From Hemiscyllium ocellatum (Eukaryota), in the NCBI RefSeq assembly GCF_020745735.1, contig NC_083409.1, positions 9,289,534 to 9,353,533 on the forward strand: a stretch of 64,000 nucleotides of DNA, given 5' to 3'. Below are positions 1 to 11,589 of the stretch, in pieces; positions within the stretch are counted from its first letter, which is position 1, and every line of letters begins with the position of its first letter. Below the pieces are notes generated by a model. The model did not search any database. It was not told the origin of the DNA and saw nothing but the letters and a program-made list of their open reading frames with translations. A program made the position numbers and the translations under genes.

Positions 1-640
1 GCAGCTCATTCCGTGCATGCACCATCCTCTGCATGAAAAGTTGCCCCTTAGTTCCCTTACAAATTCTTCCTCTATTACCTTAAACCTATATCCTCTAGTT
101 TTGGACTGACATACCCTGGGAAACAGACCTTGGATATTCACCTTATCGATGCCCCTCATGATTTTATAAACCTCCAGAAGTGCACCCCTCAACCTTCAAC
201 GCTGCAGGGAAAGTAGCCCCAATCTATTCAGCCTCTCCCTGTAGCTCAAGCCCTCCAATCCCGGCAACATCCTTGCAAATCTTTTTTTGCCCCCTTTCAA
301 GTTTAAGAACATTATTCTGATAGTAGGAAGACCAGAACTGAGCCTTGTATTCTCAAGGTGTCTTCACCAATGGTCACTTTGGTGGACAGCCAGAACATGA
401 CATCCCAACTCCTTTACTCAACGCACAGACCAATAAAGGCAAGTGTACCAATCACCTTCGTCACTACCCTATCTATCCATTGCTTCACTTTCAAGGAACT
501 GTGAGCCTGCACTCCAAGATTTCGTTGCTCAGCAACACTCTCCAGGAACCTGCCCTGATTTGCCTTCCCAAAAAGCAATGCCTTACACTTATCTAAATTA
601 AACTCCATCTCCCACTCCTTGTCCATTGGCCCATCTGAAC
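1..640 (-). mobile_element. CR1 (HER1-type) LINE fragment, RT C-terminal/3' region
   Basis: WEMEFNLDKC...QRNLGVQ.HSSLKV peptide; typical CR1 sequence with frameshifts. Confidence 0.85.
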
Positions 641-835
641 ACGCATTGATCATACATTACAAACCAGAACATATGGAAGACATATGTGAGACACAACTGC
701 AGAATTGTGTCCAATTGTGGTCTGCTTATTAGATTAGATTACTTATAGTATGGAAACAGGCCCCTCGACCCAACAAGTCCTCACTGACCCTCCCAAGAGC
801 AACCCACCCAAACACATTCCCTTACACCTAACACC

Positions 836-1330
836 ATTTGAGGAAGGATGTGGTGGCACTGGAGGCTGTTCAGAGGATGTTCCCCAGACTGATTCCAGGG
901 ATGAAAGGGCTGTCCTATGAGGAGCAGTTAAATAGCTTGGGCTTGTACTCACTGGAGTTCAAAAGAATGAAGAAGGATCTGATTGAGGGATAGAAAATGT
1001 GAAAAGGGATTGAGAAGGTGGATATTGAATAGATGCCTCCCCCCTTGCGGGACAGTCTGGAACAAGAGGTCATCGATATAGAGTGAGAGGCGGTAGGTTC
1101 AAAACTGAAATGAGGAGAAACGACTTCTCCCAGAGGGTTGTGAATCTGTGAAACTCAATGCCCCAGAGTGCAGTGGAGGCAGAATCAATCAACAGGTTCA
1201 AGAACGATGTGTTCCTGATGAAACGTGAGATAAAGAGCGATGGGGAGCAGGCAGGAGAGTGGAGTTGAGACCAGGATAAGATCAGCCACAGTCATGTTAA
1301 ATGGCGGAGCGGGGTTGAAGGGCTGAATTG
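836..1330 (+). mobile_element. CR1 LINE 3' fragment
   Basis: gaggaaggatgtggtggcactggaggctgttcagagg (RKDV.ALE.VQR) through the 3' UTR. Confidence 0.8.
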
Positions 1331-1889
1331 CCTCCTCCTGCCCCGAATTCCTATGTTGAGCATACAGTCAAGGATGACACTGCAAAACTGAGGGAGCTGT
1401 TGTCTTTCAGGTGAGGTACAAAACAGAGATCCTGCCTCAATATATCGAACTGTACTATATCCCCCCGTGTGACAAATGCTGGAATTTAAATTCAAATCAC
1501 AAAGCAAGCCTCATTAATGTGACAACGATAATGATCCCTGATTGCTGTCCAGCCTCAGCCTTCCCCAGTCTGGACTTCATTGGACTCCAGCCCCACAGCA
1601 ATCTGGTTAACTCTAGGTGCCTTCTGAGAGGCCACAGCAAGGCCAGCAGTTCAAGGGCAATTAGTCTTGGGTAACAAATGCTGATCGATGCCAGTGACAC
1701 CCACCTCCCAGAAAACAGAATGCAACAGAGATTGGTGTCAGCCAAAATTGTCAGATCAGACTCCCAATGAGATGGGGAGATGGTTCAAATGAATTCAGCT
1801 CAGTATGGAACAGGTCCCCACTTGTTAGCACATCATCACTGACAAAATAAGGGGAGAAAACAGAAAAATAAAGGTGAGAACACTCGAAT

Positions 1890-2860
1890 GTCGGAATATC
1901 ACTGAGAATTCAGGCAACTGAAGGAAGATATGAAGACCTGCAAAGGAAGACAAAAAGGAAGCAAGAGTTAAAAAAAATGATTGAGAAAGAGACCTGCAAG
2001 GGATCACAAGAATAACACAAATGTTTTACAAGAAAATTAGAAAATCAAGGAGGCTCCAGTGCAATGTGAGCCCTTTAAAAACAAACTGGTAATTCCCTGA
2101 ATGAGACTAAGGGAATGGCTGATATGTACAATAATTAGTTGTGTCAGTCTTCACAGTAAAGGAACGGGATAATGCAGCTTCCACTCCAGGGAGGTTAATA
2201 ATGAATGGAAGACTGGAATTCATGAAACTTGATTCTTGCCAGAAAACAGCATTGGAACGCAAGCAGGTCTAAAGGCTGACAGATCTCCAGGAGCTTAGGG
2301 GTTTAAAGGAAGGTGGGGGAGAAGAAGTTTCAGAGGCTTTTCCCATCAGATTCCAAAGCAGCAACGATTCCTTTAGTTTGGAAAATGTCTTGCTGTAACT
2401 CCACGGGTTGAAGAAAGATGAGCGAGGGAACCGAGGAAATTATATCCTGGTCAATCTAACATCTCTTTTAGGGGCTTCATTGGAATCTATAATTAACAGC
2501 CGAGAGAATGAACATGTAGAGAATTGGAAATAGCCCACATAGATTTGTGATGGGTAAGTTCTAACTAACAAACCAAATGTATTAAATAAAATAGTTGATA
2601 GGATGTATAGGCTTATCAACTTTCAGAAGTACTCGATCATTTACCACAAAACAGTCTGCTGACCAATATTAAAACCCATGGGATTGAAGATGAATGTTTG
2701 ACTTGGTTCAGAGGCTGGTTTAGTGACAGACAACAGAGAAAGAAAGTGACGAATGGTATTCCACAAGGATTCTGTGGTGAGGCCTTAACTACTTACTGCA
2801 TGTATTAATGAGGATCATAGTTCCACATTGAGACAAAGACTGATGGAATAGTAAGTGGTG
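1890..2860 (+). mobile_element. Degenerate CR1 LINE ORF2 pieces
   Basis: Decayed RT-region sequence (atcctggtcaatctaacatc, aacttcagaag, catgggattgaag). Confidence 0.6.
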
Positions 2861-3059
2861 AAGATGGCGTTTTTGTTTAAAACTTACTTGGAGGGTGTTG
2901 CTGTCTGGGCCAGATTCCTAGTTGCCCTAGAGAATCATAGAATCATTATATGGTGTGGAAGCAGGCCATTCAGCCCATCAAGTTCACACCAACCCACCAA
3001 ACAGCAACCAGTCTAGATCAGCCCCATCCTTGTAATGCTGCATTTCCCATGGCTAATCC

Positions 3060-3425
3060 ACACTCACAGAGCTTGTGAGTCCATTCAGTATTTCAACAAC
3101 AGTAGGATAGAAACGTTTACAACCCAGCTGGTGCGTGTGATCCGGTTTGTTTACCTTCTCCCAGAATGTGGAGGATGAGGAAAAGTATTGCCAAGTGGTC
3201 TGGATCTGTGAGAATGCTGGCAGCCTTTACTCGACTGCGGGCCTATCGATGGAACCTGGAGATGGAAGGTTGACCTGTGTGATTTTCCGGGCTGCGTTGA
3301 TCACTCTCTGCAACCGTTTCTGATCTTGAATGGTATAATTGCCATTTCAAGTAGTGATACATCCAGACAGAATGGTCTTGAATGCGCACCCCTAAAAGTT
3401 AGCAGGAATTTTCACCATCATGCCA
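3060..3425 (-). mobile_element. Rex1/Babar-type LINE fragment
   Basis: Minus-strand peptide KTILSGCITT*NGNYTIQDQKRLQRVINAARKIT, the Rex1/Babar C-terminal signature. Confidence 0.75.
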
Positions 3426-4833
3426 TTATTTAATTAACTATGCTACTTAACTATGTGATCTGCCTATTGCTCGCAAGACGAAGCATTTCACTGTGCCTCG
3501 TCATACGTGACAAAAAATCAATTGATCCCAATTCAGTTAAAAACTTTGAAGTGGAATTTACAAGAGAAAGAGCACATGTTGTCAGGCAGTGGTGCTCGCC
3601 ACTATGACACCCATTCCGCATCGGAGATCGAAACGTCTAACTCCTTATTCCCAGACTGGGTCTCTGCTTTAGAATTCCCAAGTAGGGACAGATTCTCCCA
3701 AAATCTACCCTGTCAGGTCCCTGGAGAATTTGAAATGTTTCAGTGAAATCTCCTCCCAACCTTCTAAATTCCAGGGATGAGATCTGCAATCTCCTCCTGG
3801 CTTCCCAGAGAATCTGAGGATAAATCCCGTTCCTCACCCAGTCCCCCTCTCAATCATGAGACAATCCTCTCAACCTGTCAGATGAACTGTTGCTGGGCTT
3901 GATCATCTCAGTAACAGTTTCAAGGAGGGAAGGAGAAAGAAAGACTCATTCTGCTTTGCATCAATGCTAAAAGTTGAAAAAGCAGGAAAATATTGCCACC
4001 AAGTATTGTTCACATACTCTTTCTATTCATCAAAGTGCTGGATGAGGTTTCTTATGAATTTCAGGCCGTCACTGATGGTGTCCTTATATTCTTTATTCTT
4101 GCCTTGTCTCTTGTTCATGTCATTTAGGAGAACGGAGTCAACCGAGAAGGAAATGAACAACAGAGTTTGTTTTCTCTGTTGATTGAATTCACCTTGCTTG
4201 CTCCTCTGATCACCTGAAGAAGGGGCAAGGCTTGTGTACTATAATAAACCTGTTGGACTATAACCTGGTGTCGTATGAGTTTGTGTTCAGTAAAGATAGG
4301 AAAGAGAGAAAATTGCGAGAAGTGGTGGGATTGTTCTGGAGCCAGACATTGCTGACCAACCTTAGGCCCTGAGATATGATGGAGATGAAGGGTGAACTGT
4401 GCCGGGCTTTAACTCACTGTTACCAGAGTAAAACAGGGATTACCCATTTCACAAAAGAGTAAATGGAACTAACAAACCAGGTGCATGTGAAACACCCACT
4501 CTGTCCCTGAGAGTGGGGACAAGAACAGGGACATTCTCAGACAGAAAGGATGTTAAAAATGGTATCATCCCGAGAGTGAAGGGTGGGGTGGGATAGTGAC
4601 AGCGACACCCCCCCCCCCCCAAGAGAGTGAGGAAAGTAACACTGACACATTTAAAACTGTATTATCACAAGTGAGAATTCAAACAGCCACCCACTCCGTC
4701 ATACGGTGTTGAAGATGCACTGTCCTCATCAAAACATGTTTGCAAACCTCTTCACAACACGTAAGGGGAGAGAAACATTGGAAACTGTATTATCACGAGT
4801 GAGGGTCCATTTAAAACTTGGACCATGATGTGA

Positions 4834-6418
4834 AATGTTCTCAGCCGCAAACAACACTGGTGTATTGATATCATTATCTTATTAAGCAATATTAAAACTT
4901 CGGCCAAATATTTCCTGCAGACAGTGTATTTAAAATATCAAGAGGCTTTCCCCATTGTTGGTTTGATCAGTGACGTAGCAAGGAAGCAGCAGCTGCCCCA
5001 TGAACTCCAACAAAAGAATGAGAACAGGCTCTTCATACGGAGCTGGCTCCCGAGAATCCAATTCAACAGCAGGGATCGAAGAACAAGGAACAATACAGCA
5101 CAGGAACAGCACAGCCCTTCAAGCCTGTGCTCACACATTGTGCCCTTCTATACTGAAACTATCTTCATCAACAGGATTCGTATTCCCTCTATTCCCTTCC
5201 TATTCATGCATTAGTGCAGGTATTTCTTGAATACTTCTATTGTGTCTGCTTCCACCCTCTCTTCTGGCAGTGTGTTCCAGTTACTCAACTCCCTTTGTGT
5301 GAAATACTAGCCTCGCACATCTCTTTTAAATTCCCCCCTCCCGCCGCACCTTGAACCTCTGTCCCCGAGTAAGTGACCCCTCCATCCTGGGAAAAAGCCT
5401 CATATTTTCCACTCTACCTATGCCATTCAAAACTTAATAAACTTCTATCAGGTCACACCTCATTTTCCCTCATTCTGGTGAAAACAAACCCAGTCTCTCC
5501 AACGTTCCTTCAGAACTAAAATCCCCCATACCAGACAATATCCTGGTAAACATTTTCTGCACCATCTTCAAAACATCCACATCCTTCTGATGGTGTGGCG
5601 ACCAGAACTGTATACAATATTCCAAGTGTGGCCTAACTAATGTTCAATAAGCTGCAGCATGACTTGTCTATCCTTATACTCAATGCCCCTTCCAATGAAG
5701 GCAAGCAGGCCATAAGCCTTTTTCACAACCTTACCTCGCTGTGCTGCCACCTTCAGTGATCTGTGAACAGACACACCCAGATCCCTCTGCATATCAATAC
5801 CCAAAGGATTCTGCCATTCACTGTATAATTCCCACCCGTACATCACCTTTCAAAATGCATCACCTTACATTTGTCTGGATTAAACTACATCTGCCATTTT
5901 TCAGTCCATGCATCCAACTGATCTATATCCTGCTGTATCCTCTGACAATCTTTCTCATTATCTGTAACTCTACCAATTTTTGTTTCCACTGTAAACATTT
6001 AATTAGCCCAGCTACACTTTCCTCTAAATCATTTATGTAGACCACATACAGCAGAGTTCCCACCACTGATCCCTGTGGGACACTAGGAATCACAGCCCTC
6101 CATTTTGAAAACCATCCTCTCATCACTGCCCTCTGTCTCCTCTGACTCAGCCGGTTCTGTATCCAATGCTGGGAACATTTTAGACAAGACACCTTGTTGC
6201 CAGATCGTTACTGCAACTTGATCCAGTTCATTCAGAAAGAGAAAAATGACAATGTGCAGATTGGAGAACTGACCCCTACACCTGGGGCTGAGCCAGGGGC
6301 CCAAGCTCCAACACACTGGCCTCACTTCACACCAGCCTTCACACAGAGTGAAGTCATGAAGTTCAGCCATCAATTCCTCTGGGACCGGGACGGGGTGAGG
6401 GAACAGGGACAATGTTGA
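4834..6418 (+). mobile_element. Tx1/L1-clade LINE ORF2 remnant split by a CR1 insertion (parts 4834-5077 and 6177-6418)
   Basis: The two flanks join in frame; TLLPDRYCNLIQFIQK resembles the post-RT LPxxYxxLxxF segment of Tx1-clade ORF2. Clade assignment is by eye. Confidence 0.4.
5078..6167 (-). mobile_element. 5'-truncated CR1 LINE with degenerate 9-bp target-site duplication
   Basis: 3' tail (agaacaaggaacaatacagc) at 5078; RT motif PQGSVVGTLLYVVYINDL near 6000-6100; gcagggatc (5069-5077) vs gctgggaac (6168-6176). Confidence 0.85.
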
Positions 6419-7854
6419 AAAGTCAATAAGGAGTAAAGCAAGATGGAGAGAGTGTGTTGGAAAGTGTTTGATGGAGGAACCATTCTTTGTGATACCCAAT
6501 ACTGACATAGTCCATGCATATCACAGAATGAACAAAACAGCACACCGTGAAGACAATCAAAAAGTCTTATCATAGCACTTTTTTTGAAAAACCATAACAT
6601 GCAGGACTTTTTTTATTGTGGTGTGATCAGTATTATGGTCCAAAGATCCTCGCAGAGCCCCAGTTTATTTGTACTGTTAAATAATGTGGGGATACAGATG
6701 GGGGGCTGGGGTTATCCTGATGAAGGAGCAGCGCTTCAAAAAGTTATGATTTCAAATGAACCTGTTGGGCTAGAACATGGTGTTGTGTGACTTCTGACTT
6801 TTTATTGTTCGGGCAGAGTGCCTTCGCATAACTATAGAGTACTTGCACTGCAACTGAGGATTATGGGTAATTACTCCATCCATTGGCCATGAACAAACCC
6901 GGAGTCATTCCAGTGGATTTCAGGGGGAATGCCCTGTCAGTTGCTTCCTCGATATTACTTGATTCACCACCACTCTCTCCAGGGCAATTAGGGAAGGACC
7001 GACACATCAACGCCCCCCCCACCCCCATCTCAGGAGAAATCAAAATAAATGGCGTATAATTCAAATGATCAAACTGGTGAGGCTTGAATTCAATTCTTGG
7101 AAAGACTGGAGCCTCAGCCAGAAACTGAGCCATGACATGGGTGAACCTGGTTGTCAGATTGAAAATTCGAGTGTCCTTCGGATGAGCACTGGAATCAGCA
7201 AAAAAATGAATTATACTCAAAGATCTAACAAACGGTTCTCAAAGCGTGCCCCCAAACTGCAGAAAACAGCACTTCAGGCTTCGCGTCCCCATCTCCATCC
7301 TTGCTTGTTGCCCTTCCCTAACTGTCCTGGAGAGGGCGGTGGTGAACCATGAGATTCTCGAAGAGGATCTGACAGAGGGACAAGGTCATGTCCTCGGCCT
7401 GAGCACAACTGCTTGACCTGCTGTGCTTTTCCAGCGCCACACTTTTTGACTCTGAGCACAACGATCCCTCAGGAGAATGAGCTGTGACACAAGAGGAAAC
7501 GTGGGAGTGTTGGAAAGGCACCGGCAGCCTGGTCAGCCTGCAGAGGGGCAGAAACAGATTTGATGAATGAGCTGATATCCTCCCGAGCTGAGATGCAGAC
7601 TCAGGCTTTCAGAGCCACACAGTTTACATTGTTACTGACCGTGGCTCCATGGGCAATGCTCCTGCCTCATCATCAAAATGGTCATCGGATTGAAAGCCAC
7701 CTCAGAAATGAGAGCATAGAATCCAGGCTGAGACTGCGGTGCACTGCTGAAAGTTGCACAGTCTCTGGCACCATCATTTGAGGCTCCACCACCACCACAG
7801 GAGGCTTGACAAGATCCCATTCTGAAGAGATTCCCTCAGCTAGCCTGCTCAAAG

Positions 7855-8482
7855 GTGTTTGATATGCTTTCTTTCATTGGTCAGAGTATTGAGTACAGGA
7901 GTTGGGAGGTCATGTAGCAGTTGTACAGGTGATTGGTTAGGCCACAATTGGAATATTGTGTGCAATTCTCGTCTCTTCCTATCGGAAAGATGTTGTGAAA
8001 CTTGAAAGGGTTCAGGAAAGATTTACAAGGATATTGCCAAGGTTGGAGGATTTGAGCTACAGGAAGAGGCTGGGCAGGCTGGGTGTGTTTTCCCTGGAGC
8101 ATTGGAGGCTGAGGGGTGACCTTATAGAGGTTTACAAAATTATGAGGGGTATGGATAGGATAAATAGGCAAAGTCTTTTCCCTGGGGTCGTGGAATCCAG
8201 AACGAGTGGGCATATGTTTAGGGTGAGAGGGGAAAGATATAAAAGAGACCTAAGGGACAAATCTTTCACACAGAGGGTGGTATGTGTATGGAATGAGCTG
8301 CCAGAGGAAGTAGTGGAGGCTGGTACAATTGCAACATTTAAGAGGCATTTGGATGGGTATATGAATAGGAAGGGTTTGGAGGGATATGGGCCGGGTGCTG
8401 GCAGGTGGGATTGATTGGGTTTTGGGATATCTGGTTGGACTGAATGGTCTGTTTCCGTGCTGTACATCTCTATGACTCTATG
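7855..8482 (+). mobile_element. CR1 LINE 3' end, relatively well preserved
   Basis: 152-aa ORF YRKDVVKLERVQERFTR...RLRGDLIEVYKIMRG...WNELP; tail ctctatgactctatga. Confidence 0.92.
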
Positions 8483-9659
8483 AATAGATTTGTCTCGTCA
8501 TTTGTTTCCTGTCTGTGGGACTCACCATCTTGTCCGTGAAAGTAACTGCACTGTGCTCACAGCTTTCAATATCCTGAGATGATTAAAAAAACTGCACCAG
8601 CAAGAGTTCTCTCTCCATTATCATGTAAAAGGGGAGCAATGAGCAAGTGATAATACACACTGAGCGCAAACACTGAAGCTTCAGCTGTAAGGCTTTTTGC
8701 ACCATGTTAACCTGCTCCCTGGGCATTTCCTTCCAATGTCCGAGATGGTTATCAGGCTGGGATGGAGGCTGACAGATCACATGGAATCCTTCAGACAAGG
8801 TACACAAGGGCACAGTCCAGGCTTGCTGCAAACATTGGCCTTCCTTCCATTGAAGGGCTGGGAGTTTGTCAATAGCGGTTTCCAGAGCACATCCTCCCTG
8901 GAAATATCACAGACTTTACTGAAATGGAATGAACTGAAAGAAGAGAAGGAAATGGGAAGAATTAACCAGACAAGGGTGAGCATCAAGAGAGGTGGGAGCG
9001 TGTGGGAGATTCAATGCCATTAAAGAAATCCCAACTGGGTTTCACAAGAAAATCTCAAATCGTTACCAGGAGAAAACAAGGAGAATCCTCACTGACATAA
9101 ACATGCTGAGAGTCAGAGACCCTGAGCCTCCGGTGCCTGACTCTCTCTGAGGCATTACAGTCAAGGACTGTTCATGTGTCAATGAAGGGAGACTTGGTGA
9201 CATGGGGTTATATTATAATCAATGATCGGAGGGGTACAGATTAAAGATAAATGGCCAAAGGTTAAGAGGGAACATAAGGAAGCACATTTTCACCCAGAGG
9301 GTGGTGGCAGTCTGGGACTCACTCCCTGTAAGGGTGGTTGAGGCAGAAGCTCTCCCATAACATTGACGTATTTTGATGTGCAGCTGTGATGCCAAGGTAT
9401 ACAGGGCTACGGGCCAAGTACTGGAACATGGAATTAGAATAGTGAGGTGGTTGTTTTGACTGGCTTTGGCTCATTGGGCCGAAGGGCCTTGTTCTTGTAG
9501 ACCTGTTGTAGATGTCTGACTCTGCCAGGACTCCAGCAATGTGGCTGACCCTTACCTGCCATTTGAAAGGCCGAGCAAGCTACTCAGTTTCAGGGCAGTT
9601 AGGGATGGAGAACAAATGCTGGTCTTGCCAGTGACACCCACATCCCAGAAAAGAATAGA

Positions 9660-9900
9660 TGGGTTCAGTGATAACACCGTCACCTGAACCTGCAGGTTTC
9701 AAACCCCACTCCAGACACTGGAGCACTATCCTGAGGCTGGCAAAGGCAAAGATGCCATCTGCTGGATGATCGGTTAAACCACTGCCCTCTCAGGTCGATG
9801 TGAATATAAGGGCTTTGAGACCATCTCAGGGAAACTCTCCCCAGTGTGCTGGCCAATGCTTCTCTTATAACCAACGGCATTAAAACAGATACATAAACAA
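9660..9900 (+). mobile_element. Deu-domain SINE (SacSINE1-like) remnant
   Basis: ttcaaaccccactccagac head; ttaaaccactgccctctcaggtcgatg and ctctccccagtgtgctggccaat Deu-like core. Confidence 0.6.
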
Positions 9901-10099
9901 AATACTGCAAATCTCAAATAGAAGCTCGATGCTGGAGAAAGGGAACAGGTGCAGCCTCTGTGGGGAGAGGAGGAGTTAATTTTTTGTTTTATCAAAAAGG
10001 CAGCACATTTTTATTTTATTTTATTTTATGTTGTCTTACATTATTTTATTTAAATCTCGTTGAAAAAAAATTAGCCCGCTTGATTGGTACCACATCCAC

Positions 10100-10465
10100 A
10101 CACATCCATTCCCTCCACACCGACGCTCAGTAACGGCTCTGTGTATTATTTACAAAATGCACTGCAGAGATTCACCAAAAATCCTGAGACAACATCTTCC
10201 AAAGTCATGATTACTTAAATCAAGGACAAAGGCAGCAGATACAATGGGAACATCACCCCAGCAAGTTCCCCTCCAAGCCATTCACTAGATTGACTTGGAA
10301 TTATAACACTGTTCCTACATTGTCACTGGGTCAGAATCCTGGAATTCCCTTCCTAAATGCATTGTGGATCTACCTACAGCACACAGACTGCAGGGGTTCA
10401 AGAAGGCAGCTAATCACCACCTTGTCCAGGGCAATTAGACATGGACAGTAAAAAGGCTGGGAAAA
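10100..10465 (+). mobile_element. Second LINE family (CR1/L2-like) 3' end
   Basis: tacaaaatgcactgc...tcagaatcctggaattccctt...cagggcaattag tail shared with other copies. Confidence 0.7.
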
Positions 10466-11589
10466 GTAAGAGTAGGCGTGCTTAAGGACCAGAAAGTGAG
10501 ACTGTGATGTTTCAGTTTTTCCTGAACATTGGTGTGACCACATCTCAAATACTGAGGGTAGTTTGGTCTCCTTATTGAAGGAAGAATATAAATGCATTGG
10601 AGGTGTTTCAGAGGAGTTTTACTCAATTGATCCCTGGAATGAGTGGGCTGTGTGATGAGGAAAGGTTGGAAAGACTGGCCTTGTTCTCAGTGGAGTTTAG
10701 AAGAGTGAAGGGTTTTCCTGTCCCACAGTATTCTCCAACTCCCTATCTGCCTCCCTCATGGGTCATCCCTTATTGAACTGTGCTGTCCTGAGGCCGATAA
10801 CTTCCTTCTGGAACAAAGTCTCCAGGTATCTCCGCCCCTCCCGAATGTATCATTTTTTTCAACTCAGCCTCCAAGTGGGAGTTCCGGTAGTTTTATACAT
10901 TCACTACACATGTATTTACGCTGAATCATTTCAATTAAATAAATATATTGAGCTCACTTACAAATGAAAAATATCCATTCCTTCATTGGACCAGTAATTG
11001 TCTTCAATCTCTGTTTTGAAGTTTCAGTACTTTCAATTTATAAACCTTCCCTAATGGACATGTCCTGAAGCAATCTATTTAGACAGTCCCTCATACTGAA
11101 CAATTCCCAGCTGATCTGCTTACCAGACTCCTATTCTCTTGTTTATCATTTTATTTCATTCAAACCAAGTGCATGTGCAGGCTCCCAGCAGCTGAAGTGA
11201 CAGTTCCAAATCAGTTTGGAAAAGCAAAGGTAGGCTCCGTCCCCGAATTCTCCGAACTTCCACACTGACCAAACTTCCCAGCATTCCCCTCTGTGTTGGC
11301 TGCACTCAGTGCTAGCTGCAGTATTAAGGCTGCCCTGTATTTATACTGTTTCTGATTTATATCACTCCATTCTGTTGTGCTGTTGTTCAGGATCTGGGTT
11401 AAGCTCACTAATTTCTCAGTGGAGAGCTTCCTTTCTTCAGCCTGAGAGAGACATTACATGTGCAACCAGCAAATGGGACTTCAATGTTGGAATCTGTTTT
11501 CAGGATTGATGGGCTCGATGGTTTGATTCAATGAGATGAGATATGAAGTACCTGTGACTCTTGTTGCAATCCAACCTTCTCTGTCTAAC

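Noticed and set aside
7450-7850. Short overlapping ORFs as host exons
   Set aside because: No recognisable homology, no consistent splice signals, stops in most frames
11200-11520. 65-66 aa ORFs in unique-looking sequence
   Set aside because: No homology recognised and no paired splice sites
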